From the NCBI GenBank assembly GCA_026015185.1, contig JAOZGX010000062.1, positions 1-40,416 of the forward strand: a stretch of DNA of 40,416 bases, read 5' to 3'. Shown in pieces: positions 18,049 to 27,089 of this stretch (the stretch's first letter is position 1; every line of letters starts with the position of its first letter). The DNA is from Candidatus Bathyarchaeota archaeon. GTDB lineage: Archaea; Thermoproteota; Bathyarchaeia; 40CM-2-53-6; RBG-13-38-9. The position numbers and the translations under genes are program-made. The notes beneath the pieces are model-generated. The model did not search any database, had not been told where the DNA came from, and was given only the letters and a program-made list of their open reading frames with translations.

Positions 18049-18441
18049 TTAGAACATATAGGCTAGAAAACGTCCTCCAGTTTTAAGATTTATAGCTTCT
18101 TTATGTGATATGACACCTTTTGGTGTTGTCATTACTATTACTCCAACCTCTCTGGCAGGTAAAAATTTCCTTTCCCATGCTTCTATTGAGTCCACTTTAA
18201 CTGGAAATCTTGGCTTTATAGCTCCGCATTTGTTTATTCTTCCAAGCAATTGGACTCTAAATTTTCCAGACTTACCATCATCGATAAATTCGAACTCACC
18301 AATATATCCATTCTTCTGCATTACTCTTAGTACTTGACCAATTAGTTTAGATGCAGGGGATATAATACATTCGTTTTTTCTTCTTTCTTCATTATTATAC
18401 ATATTTGATAAAGCATTTGCGAGAGGATCAGTTAAAGTCAA
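18049..18441 (-). CDS. rps8: 30S ribosomal protein uS8
   Basis: [18 protein letters not shown] is the conserved uS8 N-terminus (DPLAD.L..I.NA). TTG is the only possible start, since a stop lies two codons upstream. Confidence 0.85.
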   Translation of the reverse strand: MTLTDPLANALSNMYNNEERRKNECIISPASKLIGQVLRVMQKNGYIGEFEFIDDGKSGKFRVQLLGRINKCGAIKPRFPVKVDSIEAWERKFLPAREVGVIVMTTPKGVISHKEAINLKTGGRFLAYMF

Positions 18442-18475
18442 TTTTTATCACCTAAAATTAATTGAAATTTGAACT

Positions 18476-19225
18476 TTATTCAGGCAGTTTTATCAAAGGT
18501 TTTTCATCGCCAATAATAAAAACATAATCTGCTATAGTCTGGAATTTATTGCCTTTATTATCTTCCATCGTCACTATTGATGGCTTTGCAAATGCTGATT
18601 TCTCAATCTTCATGATTTTACCGGAATTACCAATGTTTCTCCCAGACATTATTAAAGCATAGGATCCTTCTTTAAAGGGAAAGCGTTTAAGAATCTCTTG
18701 TTCAGGAATTTTTATTTGCAGTGTATCAAGAGTTTTGTAATCATCTTCTTTAGGTTTTTTAGGATCTTTTATCTTTACTAGTACATTTCTTCCATCATGA
18801 AGATTTAATTGAACATTTCCACCTTTAACCAAAGTTTTGTCCTCAATTCTACATAATTTTCGGGTTTTTTCACTATCGGGAATATCGACTAATGTTAATC
18901 CCTTACCTGGAAATGGAAGAACTCTATAAGCCTTTTTTGCATCAGATATCTCAATAATATCCATTACTCCGACTGGGAATTTTTTATCCCTTCTGATCTT
19001 GCCATCGACTTGCACTTTTTCTTCCGAGAGGATCATTTTTGTCTCTCTAGCACTTTTCCCATATTTCAAAATATCACGAATGATTATAGATAATGGTAAA
19101 GACTCCTCAATGGGATGTGGGCCAGGACTCGGTTTTGTCACCCATTTAAATTCTTTCACATGTATGGGCCAAAAACCCGGTGCATGCATGCTCTTCAGAC
19201 TTTTAGCAACTCCTTTTTTAGTCAT
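18476..19225 (-). CDS. rps4e: 30S ribosomal protein eS4 (S4e)
   Basis: MTKKGVAKSLKSMHAPGFWPI... is the eS4 N-terminus. Start placed at ATG 19225; the ORF-track TTG at 19249 adds 8 residues. Confidence 0.85.
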   Translation of the reverse strand: MTKKGVAKSLKSMHAPGFWPIHVKEFKWVTKPSPGPHPIEESLPLSIIIRDILKYGKSARETKMILSEEKVQVDGKIRRDKKFPVGVMDIIEISDAKKAYRVLPFPGKGLTLVDIPDSEKTRKLCRIEDKTLVKGGNVQLNLHDGRNVLVKIKDPKKPKEDDYKTLDTLQIKIPEQEILKRFPFKEGSYALIMSGRNIGNSGKIMKIEKSAFAKPSIVTMEDNKGNKFQTIADYVFIIGDEKPLIKLPE

Positions 19226-19274
19226 AATAAAATTCTCCCAAATATTCAAGTCAAATCTGATTTTTTAACTAGTA

Positions 19275-20282
19275 TTAATCACCTTGTTTTGACTCTAGAT
19301 CTATGTGTTCAATTTTAGGAATTGCAATTTCACCACTTGGGGCTCTAGCAGGATGCCTTATTATCACCAGTCTTTTTATTGGTCCCACTACACTTCCTTT
19401 TAACAAAGCATATTGAGTATTAATTATTCCATAATGAGGAAATGTACCTTTTGGAGTTATTTCTGAACCATCATCTCCAATTTTTAAAATCTGTTTATTA
19501 TATTCTGTCCTTTGATGGAAACCCATCTGTCCAGCTCGAGGAACAGAATACATCACTGTGCCAGGGGTCCAAGGTCCGATTGAACCAACCCCTCTAACTG
19601 TTTTTCTAGATTTGTGCGGAAGTCTTTTTATGCCCCAACGCTTAACTGGACCTTGAATACCTTTTCCTTTTGTTATTGCAATAGTATCGACCAATTCCCC
19701 TTCTTTAAATACATTCGTTAACTCAATCTCTTTGCCAAGACTCTCTTTTGCGTATCCAAATTGTTCTTTTATATCTCCGCCACCAATTTTTATCTCTATT
19801 AATTCGGGTTTTTTACGTCCAATGTTAGCTAATCGAGGCTGAGGCATAATTAGTAATCTTATCTCTTCGATTTTATCCAAGGATTTTTGAATCTTTTCAA
19901 TGGAATTATTTTTACCCCCTTCCTTTGGAATTGTAACTAACCTTCCGATATCTTTAGGAGGTTTTTCCATCCATGCCTCTGTAAATGTTTTCAAACCTTT
20001 ATCTGTTCTAGAATATGCCCTCAATCCAAATACAATTGTAGGAGGAGTCTCAATCAATGTAGCGGGTATCGATACTTCCTTTCCATATGTAAGGGAACCC
20101 TTTTTATTGTCCATAGCGATAACATGCGTCATGCCTGCTTTATATCCAACGAAACCCAACAATTTGGGCCCTTCATCAACATCAGGCCAGAATCTGACTT
20201 TCCCAATCATACTTTTAGCTCTTTTTCTTGGTAGATAAGAAAGCGAGCCACGTTTTGGCGCATGTTTTTTTCTATGTCCCAT
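19275..20282 (-). CDS. rpl3: 50S ribosomal protein uL3
   Basis: MGHRKKHAPKRGSLSYLPRKRA...GYKAGMTHV... is the classical archaeal uL3. Confidence 0.9.
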   Translation of the reverse strand: MGHRKKHAPKRGSLSYLPRKRAKSMIGKVRFWPDVDEGPKLLGFVGYKAGMTHVIAMDNKKGSLTYGKEVSIPATLIETPPTIVFGLRAYSRTDKGLKTFTEAWMEKPPKDIGRLVTIPKEGGKNNSIEKIQKSLDKIEEIRLLIMPQPRLANIGRKKPELIEIKIGGGDIKEQFGYAKESLGKEIELTNVFKEGELVDTIAITKGKGIQGPVKRWGIKRLPHKSRKTVRGVGSIGPWTPGTVMYSVPRAGQMGFHQRTEYNKQILKIGDDGSEITPKGTFPHYGIINTQYALLKGSVVGPIKRLVIIRHPARAPSGEIAIPKIEHIDLESKQGD

Positions 20283-20305
20283 CTTAAGAAATATCCTCCC
20301 TTAAA

Positions 20306-20767
20306 TTAATCAGATTTTTTTACACTTTTCATTTCTTTAATTATTTGCCCGGCCATTTTATCTAATAAGCTTCTCCCCTCATTCGAGAGCTTTCTTCCTT
20401 CTTTTTGCTCCTTTACAACAAAACCTGCTTTCTCAAGCTGTTGGAGTGGCACTCTAACAGATGATCCCGTACCTTTTTTGACATGCTCAACACTAGCATT
20501 TCCTCCCCCTCTACCTCCATATTCGGTACATAATCTAGATATGCCTAATGGACTATTGAGATATAGCTTCCTGAGTAATGAAGCACAGCGTATATACCAC
20601 CAATCATCTTGTTGAGGTGGGTTCTCTTTGTAAGTGCCTATTTTTGAAAATAATGACCACGAAGGAGGATTAATGTCTTCTGCATTATCCTTCAAATATT
20701 CAGAAAGCCTTTTGATCATTATATTAGGAGGTACATCATACACTGAGGGCATAAGCTTAACCATCAT
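20306..20767 (-). CDS. rps19e: 30S ribosomal protein eS19 (S19e)
   Basis: ...SVYDVPPN...DDWWYIRCASLLRKLYL...YGGRG...LQQLEKAGFV matches eS19. The conserved N-terminus suggests the true start may be the third ATG (20752, MPSVYDVP). Confidence 0.8.
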   Translation of the reverse strand: MMVKLMPSVYDVPPNIMIKRLSEYLKDNAEDINPPSWSLFSKIGTYKENPPQQDDWWYIRCASLLRKLYLNSPLGISRLCTEYGGRGGGNASVEHVKKGTGSSVRVPLQQLEKAGFVVKEQKEGRKLSNEGRSLLDKMAGQIIKEMKSVKKSD

Positions 20768-20799
20768 TTTTTTGTTCTAGTCTTGGACAAACTTTCAAT

Positions 20800-20826
20800 T
20801 TTTTTATTATAATTATCATTTAATAA
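20800..20826 (-). promoter_or_regulatory. putative archaeal TATA/BRE promoter of the rps19e-rpl3-rps4e-rps8-rpl18-rpl30 operon
   Basis: Minus-strand AAATGATAATTATAATAAAAAAA lies about 40-50 nt upstream of the rps19e ATG in a 184-bp intergenic region. No mapping data. Confidence 0.25.
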
Positions 20827-20951
20827 ATGCTATCCAACCAAGGCATTCAAGTTATGAGGAAATCAGTTAAATTCATCCCTAGAATTAAACCTTTTGGATT
20901 AATCGAATCTTAAGAAATTTTTTGGAAACAAGCAATTTTAGGTTAAAATAA

Positions 20952-21911
20952 TTAAGTAATCGGCGGTAGATTTTGCCTTCTTTTTTCCTTGGGTAATTTG
21001 GTCCATTTCAAGAATTCTTTGCTCGGGGGCATATCCTCGTATAGGAAGGTTCTCCTAGCTTCCAGCGCATTATTTTCCAGATTATTCAATTCTGCTGCAG
21101 TTAGAACCTGATTTTTGAAACCCTTAGCATAATCTCTAAGAACTGCAATCTGTTCTCTCCAATCTTTTGCACGAATTAAATGATGATCGATAACTATTGT
21201 TGAAATATTTTCAGTCAATTTCTTCATATTTTTCAATGCATTAGAAAATAAGGTTCTATTGTCGAGATAATCCCTAAGATAAAAAGGTGGGCCGCTTAAT
21301 ATTAATAGGTTGGGGCCTTCAGCAAGGATCCATCTTAATGCTTCTATTGAAGAAGGACCTTGAATGTCAGACGAGTGAACCATCTTAATCTTATCTTTCT
21401 CTATACTCATCATCAATACCCATCCAAGCATTGAATTATCCTCTCCATGCGGTACCGGATCTGAAAATTTCAGAGTTGTTTCTCCAAATTTGAATATTTG
21501 ACCATCTGCATTTTCAAAACCTTTAGCAATTTTTTTCAATGACTTTTGAAATATCCAACCTCTGCGTCTTTGGGAATGATTTATTTTTTCATGAAAATCT
21601 TTCACTAAGATCTGTTTATCCTGATATATACTTTGAAATTGTTCTTTGTCGCTACAGATGAATACTGTGTCTTTATATGATGGTGTATAGTGATCATGGT
21701 GATAATGTGAAACTGTAATTATGTCTGACTTGTCCGCAATCTTTCTAAGCAGACTTCTTTTTTCATAAATCAATTTGTATTCTGTTGGATGAGGCAGCAT
21801 TCCATATCTCGGACCTAAGGATACACCAGGATCTATTAGGATCCTGATATCAGAGGTTTCTAGAAAAGTGCACATCGAACGGACTCCAAAACTCTCAAAT
21901 GCTAAAGGCAA
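20952..21911 (-). CDS. metallo-beta-lactamase-fold hydrolase (archaeal UPF0282-like)
   Basis: HYHHDH (HxHxDH) MBL motif. The N-terminal beta-strand ...ILIDPG. TTG start, with the alternative ATG 12 codons downstream. Confidence 0.55.
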   Translation of the reverse strand: MPLAFESFGVRSMCTFLETSDIRILIDPGVSLGPRYGMLPHPTEYKLIYEKRSLLRKIADKSDIITVSHYHHDHYTPSYKDTVFICSDKEQFQSIYQDKQILVKDFHEKINHSQRRRGWIFQKSLKKIAKGFENADGQIFKFGETTLKFSDPVPHGEDNSMLGWVLMMSIEKDKIKMVHSSDIQGPSSIEALRWILAEGPNLLILSGPPFYLRDYLDNRTLFSNALKNMKKLTENISTIVIDHHLIRAKDWREQIAVLRDYAKGFKNQVLTAAELNNLENNALEARRTFLYEDMPPSKEFLKWTKLPKEKRRQNLPPIT

Positions 21912-22090
21912 AACTTCGATTTTTCCTATCTTCGATTCTTTTCCCTCAGATAAAGATACTCGAAAAGGTTCTATTGTTAAATTTTTATCTTGGTTTTTAA
22001 ATTATTTTTAAGGGTAGGCGATGACGAGTCTGGCCCAATTGAATAAATGATATAGATCTTGAGTGCGAGAGCCTACTGCTTAATTTTTGA

Positions 22091-23158
22091 ATGAGAAAGA
22101 TTAAATTTCAGAATGTTTGGAAGTTCACTCTAATAATGCTAAGATCTCAATTATGTGGCAAAATTCCGTATTCTGAATTAGAGACTATAATATTCAAACA
22201 TCTTGGAGTTTTAAACAAGAAAGTTATTCTTGGACCTAAGATTGGCGAGGATGCGGCGATACTAAAAATAGGATCTAAAGTGATAATTATTAGTACTGAT
22301 CCTATTACTGGCGCAACAAAAAACATAGGCTGGCTTTCAGTTCATATTAATGCAAATGATGTAGCATCTTATGGTATTAAACCATCTTGGTTCTTATGTT
22401 CAATATTACTTCCAGAAAATTCTGATAAGAAATTGATCAAAGAAATTATGAATGAAATAGACCAAGCTTGTAGAGAATTGAAGGTATCTGTAATAGGAGG
22501 ACATTCAGAAATTTCACCACAACTAAATCGACCAATTGTAATTGGTACTATGTTGGGAGAAACAGACTCTGGAAAATATGTGACCTCAAGCGGAGCAAAA
22601 AATGGAGACAAAATAATGATTACAAAAAGTGTTGGATTGGAAGGCACAGCCATTCTAGCATCAGAATTTGAAAAAAAATTAAATCGGAAAATCGACAACA
22701 GATCATTAAAAAGAGCAAAAAAATTCTTAAAAAGCATAAGTATTGTGAAAGATGCTCTGACAGCTATGAAAGCAGGTGGAGTAACTGCTATGCATGATCC
22801 AACCGAAGGTGGTTTGATGAATGGATTATGGGAGATTGCAGAAGCTTCTAACGTTGGATTGCAAGTCTGTGAATCAGAAATTCCAATAGCTATAGAGACT
22901 AAAGAAATATGCCAGGTGTTCGGAATTGATTACCTTAGACTCATGAGTTCGGGTGCTCTATTAATTACAAGTAGACCGGAAAAATCAGAAAAGATCCTAA
23001 CTTCACTTAAAAGAAATAAAATTCATGCATCTGCTATAGGAGAAATAAATACTAAAAAAGCGGGCAGGTTTCTTTTAAAAAACGATGGAAAAAAAGTCAA
23101 AATAAGATCACAAGCTCAAGATGAGTTATATAAAGCTATAAGAGATTTTGCCTTATGA
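22091..23158 (+). CDS. AIR-synthase-related (PurM-like) family protein (HypE/ThiL/SelD-like fold), function unknown
   Basis: GEDAAILKIG...VIISTDPI...NDVASYGIKPSWFLCSILLP...VSVIGGHSE has PurM-superfamily N- and C-domain architecture. An alternative ATG lies at 22136. Confidence 0.55.
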   Translation: MRKIKFQNVWKFTLIMLRSQLCGKIPYSELETIIFKHLGVLNKKVILGPKIGEDAAILKIGSKVIIISTDPITGATKNIGWLSVHINANDVASYGIKPSWFLCSILLPENSDKKLIKEIMNEIDQACRELKVSVIGGHSEISPQLNRPIVIGTMLGETDSGKYVTSSGAKNGDKIMITKSVGLEGTAILASEFEKKLNRKIDNRSLKRAKKFLKSISIVKDALTAMKAGGVTAMHDPTEGGLMNGLWEIAEASNVGLQVCESEIPIAIETKEICQVFGIDYLRLMSSGALLITSRPEKSEKILTSLKRNKIHASAIGEINTKKAGRFLLKNDGKKVKIRSQAQDELYKAIRDFAL

Positions 23159-23688
23159 ATCAAGATTTTACAAGAAAAATATGGTTACTAATTTCAATTG
23201 CATCTGGAATAGTAACTCTTTCGATTATATTATATTCCATTCTAAAATATCCAGAATTTCAAATATATGGGGAACAATTCATTAAAGATGAATGGTCACC
23301 CTTTAAGTTCGTTCAATTTAAACCAATGACATTGATTTTCTTCTTCACATTCATCTGGTGGGGGTCTCTACTTCAATTTCTAAAACCCAATATTCTAAAA
23401 TTGAGTAAAAACTGGTTGAATTTTGCAATTCTGTTAAGCTTTTTAGTCCTCTTTGCATCCTTTTACGAACTATTCTTTAATTTTTCCTTATGGAGTTCTT
23501 TAATGTCGGTTACTAATGTTACAAATCCAGATATTCTTTATAATGAATTTCCAAATCCAAATACTCCAGTTTCGCTTGTATATGCAACAAAAATAGTAAT
23601 TCTAATTTTTTCTATTTCTGGTTATTCGATATATTTCCTTCACGATTTAAGAAAAAGAGAAAAGATTGATGAACAAAATTCTATCTAA
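23155..23688 (+). CDS. integral membrane protein, unknown function; start overlaps stop of the PurM-like gene (ATGA)
   Basis: 177 aa with 4-5 hydrophobic helices. Translationally coupled to the upstream gene. Confidence 0.45.
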   Translation: MNQDFTRKIWLLISIASGIVTLSIILYSILKYPEFQIYGEQFIKDEWSPFKFVQFKPMTLIFFFTFIWWGSLLQFLKPNILKLSKNWLNFAILLSFLVLFASFYELFFNFSLWSSLMSVTNVTNPDILYNEFPNPNTPVSLVYATKIVILIFSISGYSIYFLHDLRKREKIDEQNSI

Positions 23689-23766
23689 TAGTTATCTCTT
23701 TATTGAAGAGATTGAGATTAAAATTTAAGTAAATGCTTTATTCTTCAAGTAAAAGGTCTACTTGGT

Positions 23767-25008
23767 ATGGAAGAAAATAAGGATCAATCAGGAATTGATA
23801 TTATAAAAAAGGCCATGGAAAGGCCATCTATATTTAAGGATGAAAAACCCCTTTCTTTGGAGTTTATTCCTTCTAAACTTCATCATAGAGAAAATGAATT
23901 TCTCACTTTAGCACAAATTTTTAAATCTGTTATGGAAAAACCCAGCACTACAAGTCAACGAGTTCTTATATCTGGAGATATAGGCACAGGAAAAACAGTT
24001 CTCTCACAACGTTTTGGTATGGATATTGAGAATAAAGCGAAGAGTGAGGGCGCGAAGATAAAATATTTGCATATAAACTGCCGAGAACACAGGGGAAGTT
24101 TCTTTATGATTCTTAATAGAGTAATAACTGAATTCATAAGTGGCTTTCCACAAAGAGGTTTTTCAACCGAAGAGCTTATTCAGACTCTGTTAAGTCTTTT
24201 AGATGATAAAGACACTCACTTAATTCTTGCTTTGGATGAATTCGATACTTTATTAAATTCTAGAGAGGATGATGAGGTTAATACCTTATATAGTTTGACT
24301 AGAATTCAAGAAGGAAGATTAAACGCCCCTGTAAGACTCTCTTTAATTTGCATAGTGAGAGACTTGAGCTTACTGAACCGTCTTGATAAAAGCACTCTCA
24401 GCGTACTTCAACAGAATGTAATAAAGTTAGATAATTATTCTTCTGATCAGTTAAAGACAATTCTCAAAGATAGAGCGGATTTAGCTTTTAAAGAAGGAGC
24501 AATATCACTAGAGACCACTAATCTAATAGCCGATCTAGCATCAATTCCTGGAGACGCAAGATATGCTATAGAGCTGGTTTGGAAAGCTGGTAAATGTGCG
24601 GACCTAGAAGGAGATAAAATGGTAGTGCCAAAACACGTTCGCAAGGCAGCAGAAACTATGTATTCACCAATCAGGCAAGAATATCTTGATCCACTTGTGA
24701 TTCATGAAAAATTGATTTTAATAGCTTTATCAAGATTGTTAGAGAGAGATGAGTCAGCTTATGCAACAATGGGCGAGGTTGAGAAGATGTATGAGTTAGT
24801 GTGCGAAGAATATAAAGAGAAGCCAAGAGCACATACGCAATTCTGGACTTATATAAAGAATCTAGATTCTTGCGGAATTCTATCAACTCAAATATCTGGA
24901 AAAGGAGTACGAGGGAAAACCACTCTTATTGGTTTAACTTCGCCTTCCCCTTCTATTGTTGAGAAACAGCTTCAGAACTCTCTCAAAGAGAGATTAAAAA
25001 ACAACTAA
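23767..25008 (+). CDS. cdc6: Orc1/Cdc6 replication initiator (AAA+ ATPase with C-terminal winged helix)
   Basis: Walker A GDIGTGKT and Walker B LALDEFD. The sensor region and C-terminal wH domain are present. 413 aa. Confidence 0.9.
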   Translation: MEENKDQSGIDIIKKAMERPSIFKDEKPLSLEFIPSKLHHRENEFLTLAQIFKSVMEKPSTTSQRVLISGDIGTGKTVLSQRFGMDIENKAKSEGAKIKYLHINCREHRGSFFMILNRVITEFISGFPQRGFSTEELIQTLLSLLDDKDTHLILALDEFDTLLNSREDDEVNTLYSLTRIQEGRLNAPVRLSLICIVRDLSLLNRLDKSTLSVLQQNVIKLDNYSSDQLKTILKDRADLAFKEGAISLETTNLIADLASIPGDARYAIELVWKAGKCADLEGDKMVVPKHVRKAAETMYSPIRQEYLDPLVIHEKLILIALSRLLERDESAYATMGEVEKMYELVCEEYKEKPRAHTQFWTYIKNLDSCGILSTQISGKGVRGKTTLIGLTSPSPSIVEKQLQNSLKERLKNN

Positions 25009-25104
25009 AAACCATAGAGATCTGTCTTTTTAAATAATCGAGTTGATAATTATAGAGCTTCTTTTAACATATTGCATAATTATCATCCGCATTGAAAGGT
25101 TAGG

Positions 25105-25563
25105 GTGTTTAAACACATGAAAAGATTCAAAATGGTAGATATTTCCAATAAAGATGAAGTATTTAGAGAAGCTACTGTAATTGGAAGAATTAAGCTTAGA
25201 CCCGAAACCATTAAATTGATATCTGATGGAAAAATCGAAAAAGGAGATCCACTAGCTGTAGCTGAGATAGCTGCTATTTTGTCTGCTAAGAATACACCAC
25301 AGATAATTCCTTTTTGTCATCCAATTCCTATTAGTAATGTTCAAACTGAAGCAAAGATACATGAGAATTATATTGAAGTAGAAATAAGTGTCCGTAGTTC
25401 AGCTAAAACTGGAGTAGAGATGGAAGCATTAGTAGCTGCTTCTACTTATCTACTCACAGTTTGGGATATGGTAAAAAAGGTTGAAAAGGACGCTGATGGT
25501 CAATTCCCTGAAACATCTATAGAAAATATTAAAGTGAAAGAAAAGAAGAAGGCCAAAACATAA
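25105..25563 (+). CDS. moaC: cyclic pyranopterin monophosphate synthase MoaC
   Basis: ...MVDISNKDEVFREATVIGRIKL...IPFCHPIPI...TGVEMEAL matches MoaC. GTG at 25105; alternative ATG at 25117 (MKRFKMVDIS). Confidence 0.8.
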   Translation: MFKHMKRFKMVDISNKDEVFREATVIGRIKLRPETIKLISDGKIEKGDPLAVAEIAAILSAKNTPQIIPFCHPIPISNVQTEAKIHENYIEVEISVRSSAKTGVEMEALVAASTYLLTVWDMVKKVEKDADGQFPETSIENIKVKEKKKAKT

Positions 25564-26096
25564 TGAGTAAAACCGTTGCTGATCATAGATCAAAATCACC
25601 GCTTAAAATTTCAATTTCAATAATTACATGTAGCTCTTCAAAATTCAATGAAAAAATGCATGACAAATCAGTTGATGATCCTTCTGGCGATATTATTGAA
25701 GAATTACTCAAGAAAAAAGGCCATTCAATTGTTAATAGGAGACTTATACTTGATGATAAGAAAATGATTCAGAAAGCAGTAAAAGAAGTGCTACATGATA
25801 CTAAAATAGAAGCAATAATAATTACAGGCGGAACTGGGATAGCCCCTCGCGATGTCACTATAGAATCAATTAAAGAATTCTTGGATAAGGAGATTCCAGG
25901 ATTCGGGGAATTATTTAGAAAAATGAGCTTTGATGAGATAGGATCCGCTGCAATGATGACAAGGGCTTTAGCTGGCATAGCGAATAATAAACCAATTTTT
26001 TGCATGCCCGGTTCACCAAATGCTGTTGAAAAAGCAATGGAATGTTTAATAATACCGGAAATCGGACATGTAATAAAGCATGCTAAAGGTATTTAG
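25563..26096 (+). CDS. moaB: molybdenum cofactor biosynthesis protein MoaB/MogA family
   Basis: IITGGTGIAPRDVT and the C-terminal CMPGSP motifs of the MogA/MoaB fold. The start overlaps the moaC stop (TAATG). Confidence 0.8.
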   Translation: MSKTVADHRSKSPLKISISIITCSSSKFNEKMHDKSVDDPSGDIIEELLKKKGHSIVNRRLILDDKKMIQKAVKEVLHDTKIEAIIITGGTGIAPRDVTIESIKEFLDKEIPGFGELFRKMSFDEIGSAAMMTRALAGIANNKPIFCMPGSPNAVEKAMECLIIPEIGHVIKHAKGI

Positions 26097-26110
26097 GGCA
26101 GGTATTATCA

Positions 26111-27055
26111 ATGGTCGTCAAGGACAATTATGGAAGACCAATCCATAACATTCGCATATCGATAACGCAAAAATGCGATCTTAATTGTTTTTATTGTCAT
26201 AAAGAAGGTCATGATTCAGTAGCCAATGAAATGACTCATGACGAAATACTAAACATAATTAGAATAGCCTCTGACTTCGGAATTAAAAGGGTAAAAATAA
26301 CAGGCGGAGAACCCCTTCTAAGACATGATTTACCTAAAATCATACGATCTATTTCCAACATAGAAGAGATAGAGGATATATCCCTTGTCACCAATGCTAG
26401 AACGCTTTCAGACAATTTAGCATTAGAACTAAGAGATAAAGGATTGAATAGAATAAATATTAACCTGCCTTCAATAAATGAAGAGACTTACAATAAGATT
26501 TTAGGAGTGGGATTAGACCCTGCTTTAGATGGGGTAAAGGCTGCTGTTAATTCAGAACTCAACCCTGTAAAGGTAAATATGGTCCTTCTTTATGGGATAA
26601 ATAGCGATGAAGTCTATTCGATGATAGACTTTACAAAAAAGGAAGGAGTTATACTTCAGTTAATAGAATTAGAACCGCTGAAGATAAACGATGACACTCA
26701 CAAAAAGTATTTTTTCCCTCTTGTAAATATTGAGAAAGAAATCGCAAAGCAAGCAGAAAATGTATTTACAAGAAAATTAATGCAAAATAGAAAAGTCTAC
26801 ACGTTAAAAAATGGAACAAAAATAGAATTTGTTAGACCAGTAGATAATACAGAATTTTGCCTTCATTGTACAAGGATGAGATTAACCAGCGATGGTAAAT
26901 TAAAACCATGTTTAATGTCATCAGATGATTTAGTAGATATATTAACGCCATTAAGAAATGGTGAAGATGAAGATAAATTAAAGAAATTATTTTTACAGGC
27001 TATTAAATCCAGAAGGCCTTTCTATAGTAAACAGAAATTGAACTGCCCAAAATAA
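26111..27055 (+). CDS. moaA: GTP 3',8-cyclase MoaA (radical SAM)
   Basis: CDLNCFYC (C-x3-C-x2-C radical-SAM cluster), followed by the MoaA C-terminal cluster cysteines (C..C...........C). Confidence 0.85.
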   Translation: MVVKDNYGRPIHNIRISITQKCDLNCFYCHKEGHDSVANEMTHDEILNIIRIASDFGIKRVKITGGEPLLRHDLPKIIRSISNIEEIEDISLVTNARTLSDNLALELRDKGLNRININLPSINEETYNKILGVGLDPALDGVKAAVNSELNPVKVNMVLLYGINSDEVYSMIDFTKKEGVILQLIELEPLKINDDTHKKYFFPLVNIEKEIAKQAENVFTRKLMQNRKVYTLKNGTKIEFVRPVDNTEFCLHCTRMRLTSDGKLKPCLMSSDDLVDILTPLRNGEDEDKLKKLFLQAIKSRRPFYSKQKLNCPK

Positions 27056-27089
27056 ACAAAATATCAATACTCTTGGAAGATTTTCATTG

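Noticed and set aside
22012-22080. Possible C/D-box sRNA in GC-rich intergenic DNA
   Set aside because: The C and C' boxes are imperfect and I could not find any CUGA D or D' box at the expected spacing. It is kept only as a low-interest finding.
24447-24886. Two minus-strand ORFs inside orc1/cdc6
   Set aside because: They are antisense to a CDS with Walker A/B motifs, so they are shadow ORFs.
23689-25104. Replication origin (ORB/mini-ORB repeats) flanking orc1
   Set aside because: The intergenic regions are only 78 and 96 bp, and no GGAA-type ORB repeats or extended AT-rich DUE are visible.
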